DNA of 63,483 bases, filler included, from Craspedostauros australis (lineage: Eukaryota), in assembly GCA_030167865.1 (NCBI GenBank). It is 11 parts of 11 records of this genome, joined end to end, with 100 filler letters (N's around TTAATTAATTAA, not from the genome) between each part and the next. Parts side by side here need not be neighbours in the genome. Positions count along the whole stretch, not along the records: positions 1 to 3,078 come from JALAGF010003689.1; positions 3,179 to 6,548 come from JALAGF010003690.1; positions 6,649 to 17,952 come from JALAGF010003691.1; 8 more parts are not named here. One strand, given 5' to 3'. This document shows, piece after piece, positions 1 through 11,288 of this stretch. The notes beneath the pieces are model-generated. The model did no database searches and was not told the origin of the DNA. It saw nothing but the letters and a program-made list of their open reading frames with translations. Position 1 is the stretch's first letter; the number at the start of each line of letters is the position of its first letter. The position numbers and the translations under genes were made by a program.

Positions 1-3000
1 GGTATTCCGGCATCTGTTACACGGCACATTCACCCACTTCGACACTGTGACACGTGCAGCAAGGCAGGATATCAACATGCCACACGAGGCCCCAATGACA
101 CGGCTACAGCCAACGTCGCTGGCGCTAGGTTTCACGTCGACTTTGGGTTCATGAGGGCCACTGACGATGCGTACGGCCAGCGCAAGAAGTCCCAAAGCGC
201 TCAACGGGTCATCCACTCCGTCGATGGGTTTTGCGCGTACCTTCTTGTGGTCGATGCGTGTACATGCTATGTGTGGGTGTTTCTTACCAAGGACAAATCC
301 CCACCCATCATGGCTGTACGACAGACCCTGACTATTTTTGGGCGCCGCGAGGGCTATCGTGCGGTTCGTGTCGACTTGGGCGGTGAGCTGGCCAGGTCCA
401 GTCAGTTTGGTACCATGGTCCAGGAATGTGGATACAACGTTGAACCTACTGGAGCAGATTGCGCATGGATGAATGGGAAAGTGGAACGGCTGAACAAGAC
501 CTTTGGCACCATGGTGAGGGCGCTACTTTACTCGTCCGGGCTCACACCTGACTTCTGGTCCAAGGCGTTGACTCATGCAGTGTACCTCAAGAATCGACTT
601 CATCATTCTACACTTGGAAGAACGCCGTATGAGGCTCAACATGGTGTCGCGCCAGACCTCAGTCATCTCCGTGTGTTTGGTGCACGAGTCACTGTGAAGA
701 AGCCTGGCAAGGCTGCCGCAAAGCTCGACGTTCATACATACGATGGCATCTTCGTTGGGCACACAGCTACGGCGTCAGTGCATGAGTACTACGATATCAA
801 CTCTGGAAGATTCAAGCGGGCTGGCAACATTGTCTTTGATGAGGCACACTACATGTCTTCCAACAGACCTCCAGGGCCAGCGTTGCTGTACGATCTGGGA
901 CTCCCCACACCTGCTGTGGAACCAACGCCAAGCAAGATCATTACCAAGCCTGTGTACCCCACCATCGTCACAAGGCATGCCAAGATTCCGGCGACGGCGT
1001 GTGCGATACCGCTTCCGTTGGGAGACATCCTCGATCATTCGCATGTCCATGCCTCTGCTGCAAGGTGCACAGAAACTGGACAAGTCGATATCGTGCATGT
1101 TGACACGACCGATGAACCGTTTGGGTATCCATTCAGCCAAAGTGTGGACGTGCGTGGTACGGACGGCCTCCTTGGGTTCGAGTTTCGGTATGATGAGCAA
1201 CGGCATCGGCTTCAGCTTCAACAGTGCAAGTCAGGTCAACCGGCTGCACGTATCACGCGATGGCGGTCCAGGCTGCGCAAGGCGCACCTCATTTCAATTC
1301 AAGGTCAACAGGTGCATACAGCCATGGACGCGCGGCAAGCCATACAGGCCTTGCGTGAACAACGTGTTACCACTGCAGAGTTTGTGTTCGCATTCAATGA
1401 CGTGCGCAACAACCTATCTCAACACGGGGTCCCGCAGATGTACTTCGATCAGATGAAGCATGTCCGAGATATCATCGAGACGTCCACTCCCCAAGCACAT
1501 GCCACCAGTGTCACCAATGCGCCAGTCAAGCTCACTCGACGAATGCTTCTACAGCAAGATGACTGGGAACAGTGGCAGGCCGCGGAGTTCAAGCAGCTAG
1601 ACCAATACGATGCGCAGCAAATGTTTGGCGATCCTGTTCCAGCTCCCGCGGACGCAGCCATCTTCAATTGGGTCTGGGTCTATGTGGTCAAGACACATGA
1701 GAATAATCGGAAGAAGGCGCGTGCTGTTTGCGATGGCTCTACCAGAGGAGGACATGCTCGAATATTCGGACACACCTATGCGGCTACGCCTGATTTGACG
1801 GAGTTCAGGATTCTCCTTGGCATTGCTGCAATCCAACAACTCAAGGTGTACAGCTCGGATGTCACAAACGCTTTTGCAGAAGCCCCAGCTGGCGAGCAAC
1901 GATACTTCATGAAAGTGGATGAACCGTACCAAGCGTGGTGGAGGCAGAAACATGGCACCACTATTCCTCGCGGCCACGTCATCCCAGTCAACAAGAACCT
2001 TCAAGGTCATCCTGAAGCACCTCGCCTCTGGAGCAAGCACATCACTGGCATCCTACAACAAATCGGGTTCACTTCGACAACCCATGCTCCTTGTTTGTAC
2101 ACTGGGGCCATTGGTCACAACAAGATCTACGTACTACGTCAAGTGGATGATTTTGCAGTCGCTGCTCCATCACAGAGTGTCTTCGATACATTCTGCGACA
2201 TGCTCGACAAGCGCCTTTTCCAGCCCATCACTCGACAAGGACTCATGGTGCACTATAACGGACTCGATGTTGATCAAGCTCGGCGGTTCGTGCGCATCCA
2301 TTGCACATCTTACGTGGACAAGATGCTGGAGCGCAACAAGTGGCAGAACATGCGGCACACTCACAGATTGCCTATGCTGTCGGACAACTCGTATGTCAAG
2401 ACTTTGGACAATGCTGACGTTCCAAACGATGACAAGGAGCGAGCCGCTCTGGCCACAAGGTTCAAGTTTGGGTACCGCCAAGCCATCGGAGAGCTCATAT
2501 GGGCTATGATATCGTGCCGTCCTGACATTTCTTTTCCCGTTGTCAAACTCTCTCAATTCTCAAACAATCCAGGCGAAGCTCACTTCGAAGCTGTCAAGTT
2601 CCTCATGCGGTATGTCGCGAGCACCAGAGACGATGGCATAACCTACTGGCGACCAACGTCACTTGTCGATCTTCCCGATGTGCCGGCCCCATCCAAGCTG
2701 TCACCGCCTGGCGATTCTGCGCACGACGTCAATGCCACGCGCCAGCTCGAGGCTTCTACGCTATATGGGTACGTCGACGCCGATTGGGGTGTTGATATAC
2801 GTCACCGCCGGTCCGTGTCAGGCATCGTCATGATGTTTGCAGGTGGTGCCATCGCATGGAAGACCAGGGTTCAGCCTACGGTCTCCATGAGCAGCACAGA
2901 GGCGGAATTTGTTGCAGCCAGTGATGCCGGCAAGATGGCTCTTTGGCTGCGGTCGATTCTCCATGAAGTTGGCGTGACACAACCGTTCGCAACTCCCATC

Positions 3001-3078
3001 TTCGAGGATAATCGCGGTGCCCGGCTGATGGCCAGTGCCAGTCAGCCCACTCGGAACTCAAGACACATAGCCATCCGA
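1..3078 (+). CDS. Ty1/Copia (CoDi-like) Pol polyprotein, partial: integrase - PDZ-like - RT - RNase H
   Basis: Frame is open from base 1. Integrase Zn-finger CDTC and DDE residues (FHVDFGF / RVDLGGE / GKVERLN); RT (KKARAVCDG, DVTNAF, RQVDD); RNase H (GYVDADWG, SSTEAE, EDNRGA). INT-RT-RH order indicates Copia. Confidence 0.95.
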
Positions 3079-3178
3079 NNNNNNNNNNNNNNNNNNNNNN
3101 NNNNNNNNNNNNNNNNNNNNNNTTAATTAATTAANNNNNNNNNNNNNNNNNNNNNNNNNNNNNNNNNNNNNNNNNNNN
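3079..3178. other. Artificial contig-joining spacer (N44-TTAATTAATTAA-N44)
   Basis: Same 100-nt spacer, with stops in all six frames, at 3079-3178, 6549-6648, 17953-18052, 36894-36993, 38612-38711, 49120-49219, 52795-52894, 55158-55257, 57050-57149 and 61195-61294. Plain N gaps also occur at 6295-6379 and 62290-62417. Confidence 0.98.
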
Positions 3179-6100
3179 GGTATTCCGGCATCTGTTACAC
3201 GGCACATTCACCCACTTCGACACTGTGACACGTGCAGCAAGGCAGGATATCAACATGCCACACGAGGCCCCAATGACACGGCTACAGCCAACGTCGCTGG
3301 CGCTAGGTTTCACGTCGACTTTGGGTTCATGAGGGCCACTGACGATGCGTACGGCCAGCGCAAGAAGTCCCAAAGCGCTCAACGGGTCATCCACTCCGTC
3401 GATGGGTTTTGCGCGTACCTTCTTGTGGTCGATGCGTGTACATGCTATGTGTGGGTGTTTCTTACCAAGGACAAATCCCCACCCATCATGGCTGTACGAC
3501 AGACCCTGACTATTTTTGGGCGCCGCGAGGGCTATCGTGCGGTTCGTGTCGACTTGGGCGGTGAGCTGGCCAGGTCCAGTCAGTTTGGTACCATGGTCCA
3601 GGAATGTGGATACAACGTTGAACCTACTGGAGCAGATTGCGCATGGATGAATGGGAAAGTGGAACGGCTGAACAAGACCTTTGGCACCATGGTGAGGGCG
3701 CTACTTTACTCGTCCGGGCTCACACCTGACTTCTGGTCCAAGGCGTTGACTCATGCAGTGTACCTCAAGAATCGACTTCATCATTCTACACTTGGAAGAA
3801 CGCCGTATGAGGCTCAACATGGTGTCGCGCCAGACCTCAGTCATCTCCGTGTGTTTGGTGCACGAGTCACTGTGAAGAAGCCTGGCAAGGCTGCCGCAAA
3901 GCTCGACGTTCATACATACGATGGCATCTTCGTTGGGCACACAGCTACGGCGTCAGTGCATGAGTACTACGATATCAACTCTGGAAGATTCAAGCGGGCT
4001 GGCAACATTGTCTTTGATGAGGCACACTACATGTCTTCCAACAGACCTCCAGGGCCAGCGTTGCTGTACGATCTGGGACTCCCCACACCTGCTGTGGAAC
4101 CAACGCCAAGCAAGATCATTACCAAGCCTGTGTACCCCACCATCGTCACAAGGCATGCCAAGATTCCGGCGACGGCGTGTGCGATACCGCTTCCGTTGGG
4201 AGACATCCTCGATCATTCGCATGTCCATGCCTCTGCTGCAAGGTGCACAGAAACTGGACAAGTCGATATCGTGCATGTTGACACGACCGATGAACCGTTT
4301 GGGTATCCATTCAGCCAAAGTGTGGACGTGCGTGGTACGGACGGCCTCCTTGGGTTCGAGTTTCGGTATGATGAGCAACGGCATCGGCTTCAGCTTCAAC
4401 AGTGCAAGTCAGGTCAACCGGCTGCACGTATCACGCGATGGCGGTCCAGGCTGCGCAAGGCGCACCTCATTTCAATTCAAGGTCAACAGGTGCATACAGC
4501 CATGGACGCGCGGCAAGCCATACAGGCCTTGCGTGAACAACGTGTTACCACTGCAGAGTTTGTGTTCGCATTCGATGACGTTCGCAACAATCTGTCTCAA
4601 CACGGGGTCCCGCAGATGTACTTCGATCAGATGAAACATATCCGAGATATCATCGAGACGTCCACTCCCCAAGCACATGCCACCAGTGTTGCCAATGCAC
4701 CAGTCAAGCTCACTCGACGAATGCTTCTACAGCAAGATGACTGGGAACAGTGGCAGGCCGCGGAATTCAAGCAGCTGGACCAGTACGATGCGCAGCAAAT
4801 GTTTGGCGATCCTGTTCCAGCTCCCGCAGACGCAGCCATCTTCAATTGGGTCTGGGTCTACGTGGTCAAGACACATGAGAATAATCGGAAGAAGGCACGC
4901 GCTGTTTGCGATGGCTCTACCAGGGGAGGACATGCTCGAATATTCGGACACACCTATGCGGCTACGCCTGATTTGACGGAGTTCAGGATTCTCCTTGGCA
5001 TTGCTGCAATCCAACAGCTCAAGGTGTACAGCTCGGATGTCACAAACGCTTTTGCAGAAGCCCCAGCTGGCGAACAACGATACTTCATGAAAGTGGATGA
5101 GCCGTATCAAGCGTGGTGGAAACAGAAACATGGCACCACTATTCCTCGCGGCCACGTCATCCCGGTCAACAAGAACCTTCAAGGTCATCCTGAAGCACCT
5201 CGCCTCTGGAGCAAGCACATCACTGGCATCCTACAACAAATCGGGTTCACTTCGACAACCCATGCTCCTTGTTTGTACACTGGGGCCATTGGTCACAACA
5301 AGATCTACGTGCTACGTCAAGTGGATGATTTTGCAGTCGCTGCTCCATCACAGAGTGTCTTCGATACATTCTGCGACATGCTCGACAAGCGCCTCTTCCA
5401 GCCCATCACTCGACAAGGACTCATGGTACACTATAACGGACTCGATGTTGATCAAGCTCGGCGATTCGTGCGCATACATTGCACATCTTACGTGGACAAG
5501 ATGCTGGAGCGCAACAAGTGGCAGAACATGCGGCACACTCACAGATTGCCTATGCTGTCGGACAACTCGTATGTCAAGACTTTGGACAATGCTGACGTTC
5601 CAANCGATGACAAGGAGCGAGCCGCTCTGGCCACAAGGTTCAAGTTTGGGTACCGCCAAGCCATCGGNGANCTCATATGGGCTATGATATCNTGCCGTCC
5701 TGACATTTCTTTTCCCGTTGTCAAACTCTCTCAATTCTCAAACAATCCAGGCGAAGCTCACTTCGAAGCTGTCAAGTTCCTCATGCGGTATGTCGCGAGC
5801 ACCAGAGACTATGGCATAACATACTGGCGGCCAGCGTCACTTGTCGATCTTCCCGATGTGCCGGCCCCATCCAAGCTGTCACCACATGGCGATTCTACGC
5901 ACGACGTCAATGCCACGCGCCAGCTCGAGGCTTCTACGCTATATGGGTACGTCGACGCCGATTGGGGTGTTGATATACGTCACCGCCGGTCCGTGTCAGG
6001 CATCGTCATGATGTTTGCAGGTGGTGCCATCGCATGGAAGACCAGGGTTCAGCCCACGGTCTCCATGAGCAGCACAGAGGCGGAATTTGTTGCAGCCAGC

Positions 6101-6442
6101 GATGCCGGCAAGATGGCTCTTTGGCTGCGGTCGATTCTCCATAAAGTTGGCGTGACACAACCGTTCGCAACCCCCATCTTCGAGGATAATCGCGGTGCCC
6201 GGCTGATGGCCAGTGCCAGTCAGCCCACTCGGAACTCAAGACACATAGCCATCCGAGAATTCGCGGTCCTCGATTGGGTCGAGACAGACCTTGTNNNNNN
6301 NNNNNNNNNNNNNNNNNNNNNNNNNNNNNNNNNNNNNNNNNNNNNNNNNNNNNNNNNNNNNNNNNNNNNNNNNNNNNNNGACCTAGTTATGGGTCGCAAC
6401 GTGCCCTCATATGTAAACGACTACAGGAGTCCGGATTTGTAA
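3179..6442 (+). CDS. Second Copia Pol copy, 5' partial, complete to the stop codon (internal N gap)
   Basis: Same sequence at offset 3178. About 9 amino-acid differences, all after the first ~1.4 kb. Stop at 6440-6442. Confidence 0.95.
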   Translation, partial: GIPASVTRHIHPLRHCDTCSKAGYQHATRGPNDTATANVAGARFHVDFGFMRATDDAYGQRKKSQSAQRVIHSVDGFCAYLLVVDACTCYVWVFLTKDKSPPIMAVRQTLTIFGRREGYRAVRVDLGGELARSSQFGTMVQECGYNVEPTGADCAWMNGKVERLNKTFGTMVRALLYSSGLTPDFWSKALTHAVYLKNRLHHSTLGRTPYEAQHGVAPDLSHLRVFGARVTVKKPGKAAAKLDVHTYDGIFVGHTATASVHEYYDINSGRFKRAGNIVFDEAHYMSSNRPPGPALLYDLGLPTPAVEPTPSKIITKPVYPTIVTRHAKIPATACAIPLPLGDILDHSHVHASAARCTETGQVDIVHVDTTDEPFGYPFSQSVDVRGTDGLLGFEFRYDEQRHRLQLQQCKSGQPAARITRWRSRLRKAHLISIQGQQVHTAMDARQAIQALREQRVTTAEFVFAFDDVRNNLSQHGVPQMYFDQMKHIRDIIETSTPQAHATSVANAPVKLTRRMLLQQDDWEQWQAAEFKQLDQYDAQQMFGDPVPAPADAAIFNWVWVYVVKTHENNRKKARAVCDGSTRGGHARIFGHTYAATPDLTEFRILLGIAAIQQLKVYSSDVTNAFAEAPAGEQRYFMKVDEPYQAWWKQKHGTTIPRGHVIPVNKNLQGHPEAPRLWSKHITGILQQIGFTSTTHAPCLYTGAIGHNKIYVLRQVDDFAVAAPSQSVFDTFCDMLDKRLFQPITRQGLMVHYNGLDVDQARRFVRIHCTSYVDKMLERNKWQNMRHTHRLPMLSDNSYVKTLDNADVPXDDKERAALATRFKFGYRQAIXXLIWAMIXCRPDISFPVVKLSQFSNNPGEAHFEAVKFLMRYVASTRDYGITYWRPASLVDLPDVPAPSKLSPHGDSTHDVNATRQLEASTLYGYVDADWGVDIRHRRSVSGIVMMFAGGAIAWKTRVQPTVSMSSTEAEFVAASDAGKMALWLRSILHKVGVTQPFATPIFEDNRGARLMASASQPTRNSRHIAIREFAVLDWVETDLXXXXXXXXXXXXXXXXXXXXXXXXXXXXXDLVMGRNVPSYVNDYRSPDL

Positions 6443-6461
6443 CTTCCGCTGACTGCGTCAG

Positions 6462-6548
6462 CGTGGGGGGGGGTGTTGGTATACGGTCGAAGGCCAGACG
6501 GAGCAGCAAATGAACCCCTGTTCACAGCCTCAGCAGAGACAACAGAGA
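6462..6548 (+). mobile_element. Polypurine tract and start of the Copia 3' LTR
   Basis: A run of 9 G (6465-6473) is followed immediately by TGTTGG at 6474, about 30 nt after the pol stop. The LTR is truncated by the contig end. Confidence 0.85.
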
Positions 6549-6648
6549 NNNNNNNNNNNNNNNNNNNNNNNNNNNNNNNNNNNNNNNNNNNNTTAATTAA
6601 TTAANNNNNNNNNNNNNNNNNNNNNNNNNNNNNNNNNNNNNNNNNNNN

Positions 6649-9574
6649 TACCATCGTATGAGCTGTTATATTATACTATGGGTGTTGTATCACATTTTGT
6701 TTTAATACATAGAATAATATGTGTAGTATTGAGGGGGATTGTTGGGTTGGCTTGGGTCTGCTCAATGATCTGCCATCACACGAGTAGCCGATTGCCTCAC
6801 CAAACCCTCACTGGGTCTGTCATCGTCAACGGAACATGCAAGATGAAGGCGACAGTCGTCGCGCTTCGGTTGGAAAGGGGCCGTGTGAATTGCGATTGCG
6901 ATTGGCCTCTCCGCTTGGGCGTACTCGTACGCATACCTACGAGCGCGAGTACGGTGACAAGCTTGGAGGTGCGAGAGAACCGCACCGTTCCCGCGCTTAC
7001 TTCTCGATCTTGGAAACGCTGCGGGTTCTGATGACAACCAACCCGACGTACATGAGCTTATAGATCATGCCGATGCCGATGAGGGTGCCAACATGCTCCC
7101 AGACACGGTCAGAGTTCTTGACCACGGGGAAGGCGCCGTGCAGGACGGCAAGAGCCTCAGATGCTGTGGTATCCTCCCAGTCGGTGTCCTGGAATGTAAC
7201 GTACACGGTGCTTGGCTGGAAGTAGGTGAATGGGAAGATGTAGTAGAACAGCTTCAATGGCCAGTACAGATCCTCCTCGCCGATCAGGAAGCCTCCGAAC
7301 AGGAAGGAATCGAACCAAAAGCAGATGAAGGCCAGCATGCCGACGATGACGTTGCTGAAGGCGACAGACAGAACTTCGGCGACGGACTCGAAGACGAACA
7401 TGGTCGCCATGTAGATGGCAACGCATTCGCCGAAAGACTCCCACGGGACGTCCTGGATGACGAAGCTCGGAATGAGCAGGGCAATCATGGTGAACATGAA
7501 GAGCACCGGGATGACGAGGACAAACTTGGCCAGAATGTAGGACCATGGTTGGATCATTCCGTTCTGGACTTCGCGCTGGATTGAGTGGAACTCGTCGAAC
7601 AACGCGTAGACAGCCACGACAGCCACTGTTCTCATGCGATGCGATGCGTCGATCCGAAGGTGCCGAATTGGGAACGGAAACGATGATAAAAAACAGAGGA
7701 GGACCGGTGAGATTTGATATTGCAATTCAAGAGAGCACAAGTGCCATGGAGTAGCAAGGCATCGCACGCACGCTCGAATGGCCAGAAGCAGATAGAGCAG
7801 GCCGATGGCAAAAAGCTGAATATCCCAGCAACGTGGAATGGCACATCGACTTACTTTGCGCTGGGACACTGAGGATCCACATCTGGATCCAGAACTTGGA
7901 GTACGCGTTGTCCAGTGTGTGGTTTCTGGCCTCCCAGTACACAAACGCGAAGACCAAGGTCGCGACGGCGATGAGAACGGCGCGACCGAGGTACAAGATG
8001 GGGTCGCGGATGATCAACGTCCGATGGCGATGGAACATGATCGACATCTGACTGAGGATGGGCGCGTTGACGTAGCTGCCCTCCATGTCGATGCTGGATT
8101 TGTGCTTCATGGTGGCGTTGCCGTTGATCCCGGCGATAGCTGGCTTCATCCTGTACCAATGCATCAAGATCTCGTTGACCTGTGTTTCGCTGGTGAAGTC
8201 GCTGTTCACCAAGTCGAGGTAATGCTCTGCCGGGTTGGTGTTGGCCGGCAGCGGATACCCGATCGAGTCGAAGAATGCCAAGGCATCCTCGGTGTTTCCG
8301 GAGAAGGCCTCCATGCCGCGGGTGAGGATCATGACTTGGTCGAAGGAGTTGTACACCTTGGTGGACGGCTGGTGGATGGTGCAAATGATGATCAGATGCT
8401 CGTCCTTGGCAACACGGCCGATCTCTTCCATCACGCTGGATGCGGATGCTGCGTCAAGGCCGGATGTTGGCTGTCATGGTCACAAGGAAGCCACATAGAG
8501 TATGGTAAAAGTACAGAGAGTAGGCAAGTGTTGGATACAGACCAGGAACATGCGTGCACATCAAGAAATAGAGAGAGAGAGAGAGAGGAAGAAAGGGTGA
8601 GCAAACCTGCCAGATGGGTTCGAGTTTGAATTGATTTGATTCGATTGAGGGTGCACATTGGATCGTGCATGCTCTGGGATTCTTCGACAATCCCGACAGA
8701 GCGTTTGTGCGAACATGTGCGATGTGCATGGTATGTCATGAACCGTGTGCGTGCGGGCGTGTGCGCTGTGCACTATACAAATATGTGCACTTACCTCATC
8801 CAAGAACAATACCTTTGGCTGCTTCAGCAATGCCACGGCGATGCTCAAGCGGCGCTTTTGCCCACCGGAGAGGCTGGAGCATCTGGTATCAGCGCAGATC
8901 ACCAATCCCATCTTGTTCAACACCTCATCGACAGCCGTATCGACCCCATGCGACGTGTCTGCCACATGGTACAGACCAGCGGCGTACTTCAAGGTTTCGC
9001 GAGTGGTGAGGTACGGCCAGTGCATGTCCTGCTGCTTGACAACGAAGCAGTGCTTCTTGAAGGCCTTGCCCGTCATGGTCATGCCGTTCAAGCTGATTTC
9101 GCCATTTGCTGTGCCATGGTGAGCATCCATGGTCAAGACGGAAATGAGGGTGGTCTTGCCCGCACCGGATGGTCCCAAAATGGCCAAGACATGGCCCTCC
9201 TTGACCTTACCGGAGATGTTGTGGAGGATCTTCTTCTCGTTGTCGCCCGAACCCACGGTGAAGTTGATGTTGTCGAACACGAGGGCTGATCCGGAGCTTT
9301 CGTCAGAGTCGATGGTTCCCACAGAGGAGGCCTTCGCGCTCTTGTTGTTGATGCCTGATTCCATGCCATCCACGATCTCGGCTTCGATGTTGCCGCTGTC
9401 GGTGTGGGTGTTGCTGCGAGACATGGTGATGAAAGTGGTTTTGTTTTTTCGCTTTGACGTTTGTTGTTCGAAATACTTGTGTGTTTGTGGCTGTGCTTTC
9501 TGATTGTCAGGAATCTGATTTGTGAGAGCAATAACCAAGCGGGTGCTCAGCGATCCTCTCTTGGCGTCACAGAG
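6649..9574. repeat. 2926-bp direct repeat; second copy at 15027-17952, at the other end of the same contig
   Basis: The contig begins TACCATCGTATG, also found at 15027. It ends GGCGTCACAGAG, also found ending at 9574. No differences seen by eye. Confidence 0.95.
6997..9424 (-). CDS. ABCG (white-type) half-transporter, 3 exons: 9424-8795, 8470-7855, 7625-6997
   Basis: Walker A GPSGAGKTT, signature LSGGQKRR, Walker B LFLDE|PTSGLD split by a GT-AG intron, H-loop CTIHQPS, NPAE motif and C-terminal TM domain. Both introns (GTAAGT...CAG) restore the frame. Confidence 0.93.
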
Positions 9575-11288
9575 CACACATGTGTGCGAGCGCGGATGTG
9601 GATGCCATGGATACTCGTAGAAGATGAGGACGTGGGACGCGAGGCTATCTTCGACAGCGCCTCGTCTTGTGCAGTTGGACATGTGTTCAACACAGCACTC
9701 GTTGCACATCGGCGTGGGCAGCTCGTATCTTGCGGCTCGTCTGTATGTATGGTGGATATCCAGTAGGCAGATGCTGTGTGGAAGCTGCTTCAACCCCTCT
9801 CCTGATCATCCTCGCATCAAAGGAATGCCTTGGTATTGCCAAGGAGGGCATTCGTGAATGCATGCGAATGCATGTGTGTGTGGGTGTGTTCATGCCGTCT
9901 TGGGACGGGCTCTTTCTTGGCGTTCCTGTCTCCGTTCAGTGAGTAGGTTCATCACCGCGCCAACTCCTATTCAGCCCCCCAAGGAGGTGGATTGTCGGAC
10001 AAACCGCGCTTACCGCCCTGATGGGTTTGGGTGTTGCTGCTCTGGGACAGAAACAGTAAAAGTATCCGCGAGCACCTCTTGGTCTCTTCATGCCTGTGTG
10101 ACTTGGGCGCGAACGGCGAGAACAGGACTCCCTCACAAGACTGTTCAGGGAGGCTGCTCGTTCATGGAGGAAAGCCTCGATCCGTTCGTATCATACCACT
10201 TCCGGAGGTGACGATTTTGCAAATGTCACCACGGCGAATCAGCCAGAAACAACAGAAACGGGAGGTGGATAAAATTGTGTCCGGTGGAAGCAGCCAAGAA
10301 CAAGAAACACCAACAAGTCGCCGCTCTGAGCGAACGACGCTCTGAGACATCGCGATCGCGCCAGCTCATACTGCTGCGCTCAGCAATAATTTTCACCGCG
10401 ATGATGCTGTTTGTTGCCGAAAGTTGAAGCTAGTTGAAGTTCAACTAAGAACAGACTACTTTCCACTTAGTGTGTCCAGTGTCGCACCATGACATTGTTT
10501 TTGGCGCGTCAACTATGACTCAAAACCCTCCGTTTACAAATACAGGGAATTACGTTTCCCACAATATCCCACTCTGACTCATCAACCATTGGGGACTCAA
10601 ATCTCAATCGATTCACTGAATTCAATGTACTCTGGGAACAATGACCCGGGTCAGTGAGTCGACCAACCATTGGTAAAGTAGAGTGGCACTTTTTCTCCGA
10701 TTACAACAGAACTAAGCTTACCAACCTACGCATTATAGTGTCCATAGCAACAGAAAATTACCTATAATCTCAAGGTCCATATTTTAAGTTTTATGGACAA
10801 TCCAATATTTGGAGGTCATATGGGTCAAACGTAGCGTTCCACGATGTAGTTATGCCGAAAGTTCTTTGGTGTTCCGAGTAAATAACGATAGGTGTCCATT
10901 CACGTTGGTGTCTCCAGCTTTTTCCTTCCTCCTCGATCTTTTCGAACACGTTAAACAACGTTAGCCGCTCCGGAATCGATTGACATTTCCTGCTTGTGGA
11001 CATCACACACATCATCGCCACATGCACACGACCACATCGTCGCCACGCAGACACAAAACCCCAGTCACATTTTGGATTCATTCCAAACGTTCCTCCGCCG
11101 ATGCAATGCTCATTGTATCTGTTTTGCTGCGGCTGTAGTGTGTGTAGTGAGAATACTAGTTACATTGGCAGTTGTGGTCGCCGCTGCTGCATCCAACACC
11201 TCCTCCACTCACTTTCATTCAGCGTTCTCCAGTGCAATTCATCGAACAATCAATCAATCAATCAAGGAACTCTGTTCCCATCAGCACC

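Noticed and set aside
1..6548. Tandem Copia array
   Set aside because: The copies are on separate contigs joined by the linker, so their adjacency is artificial.
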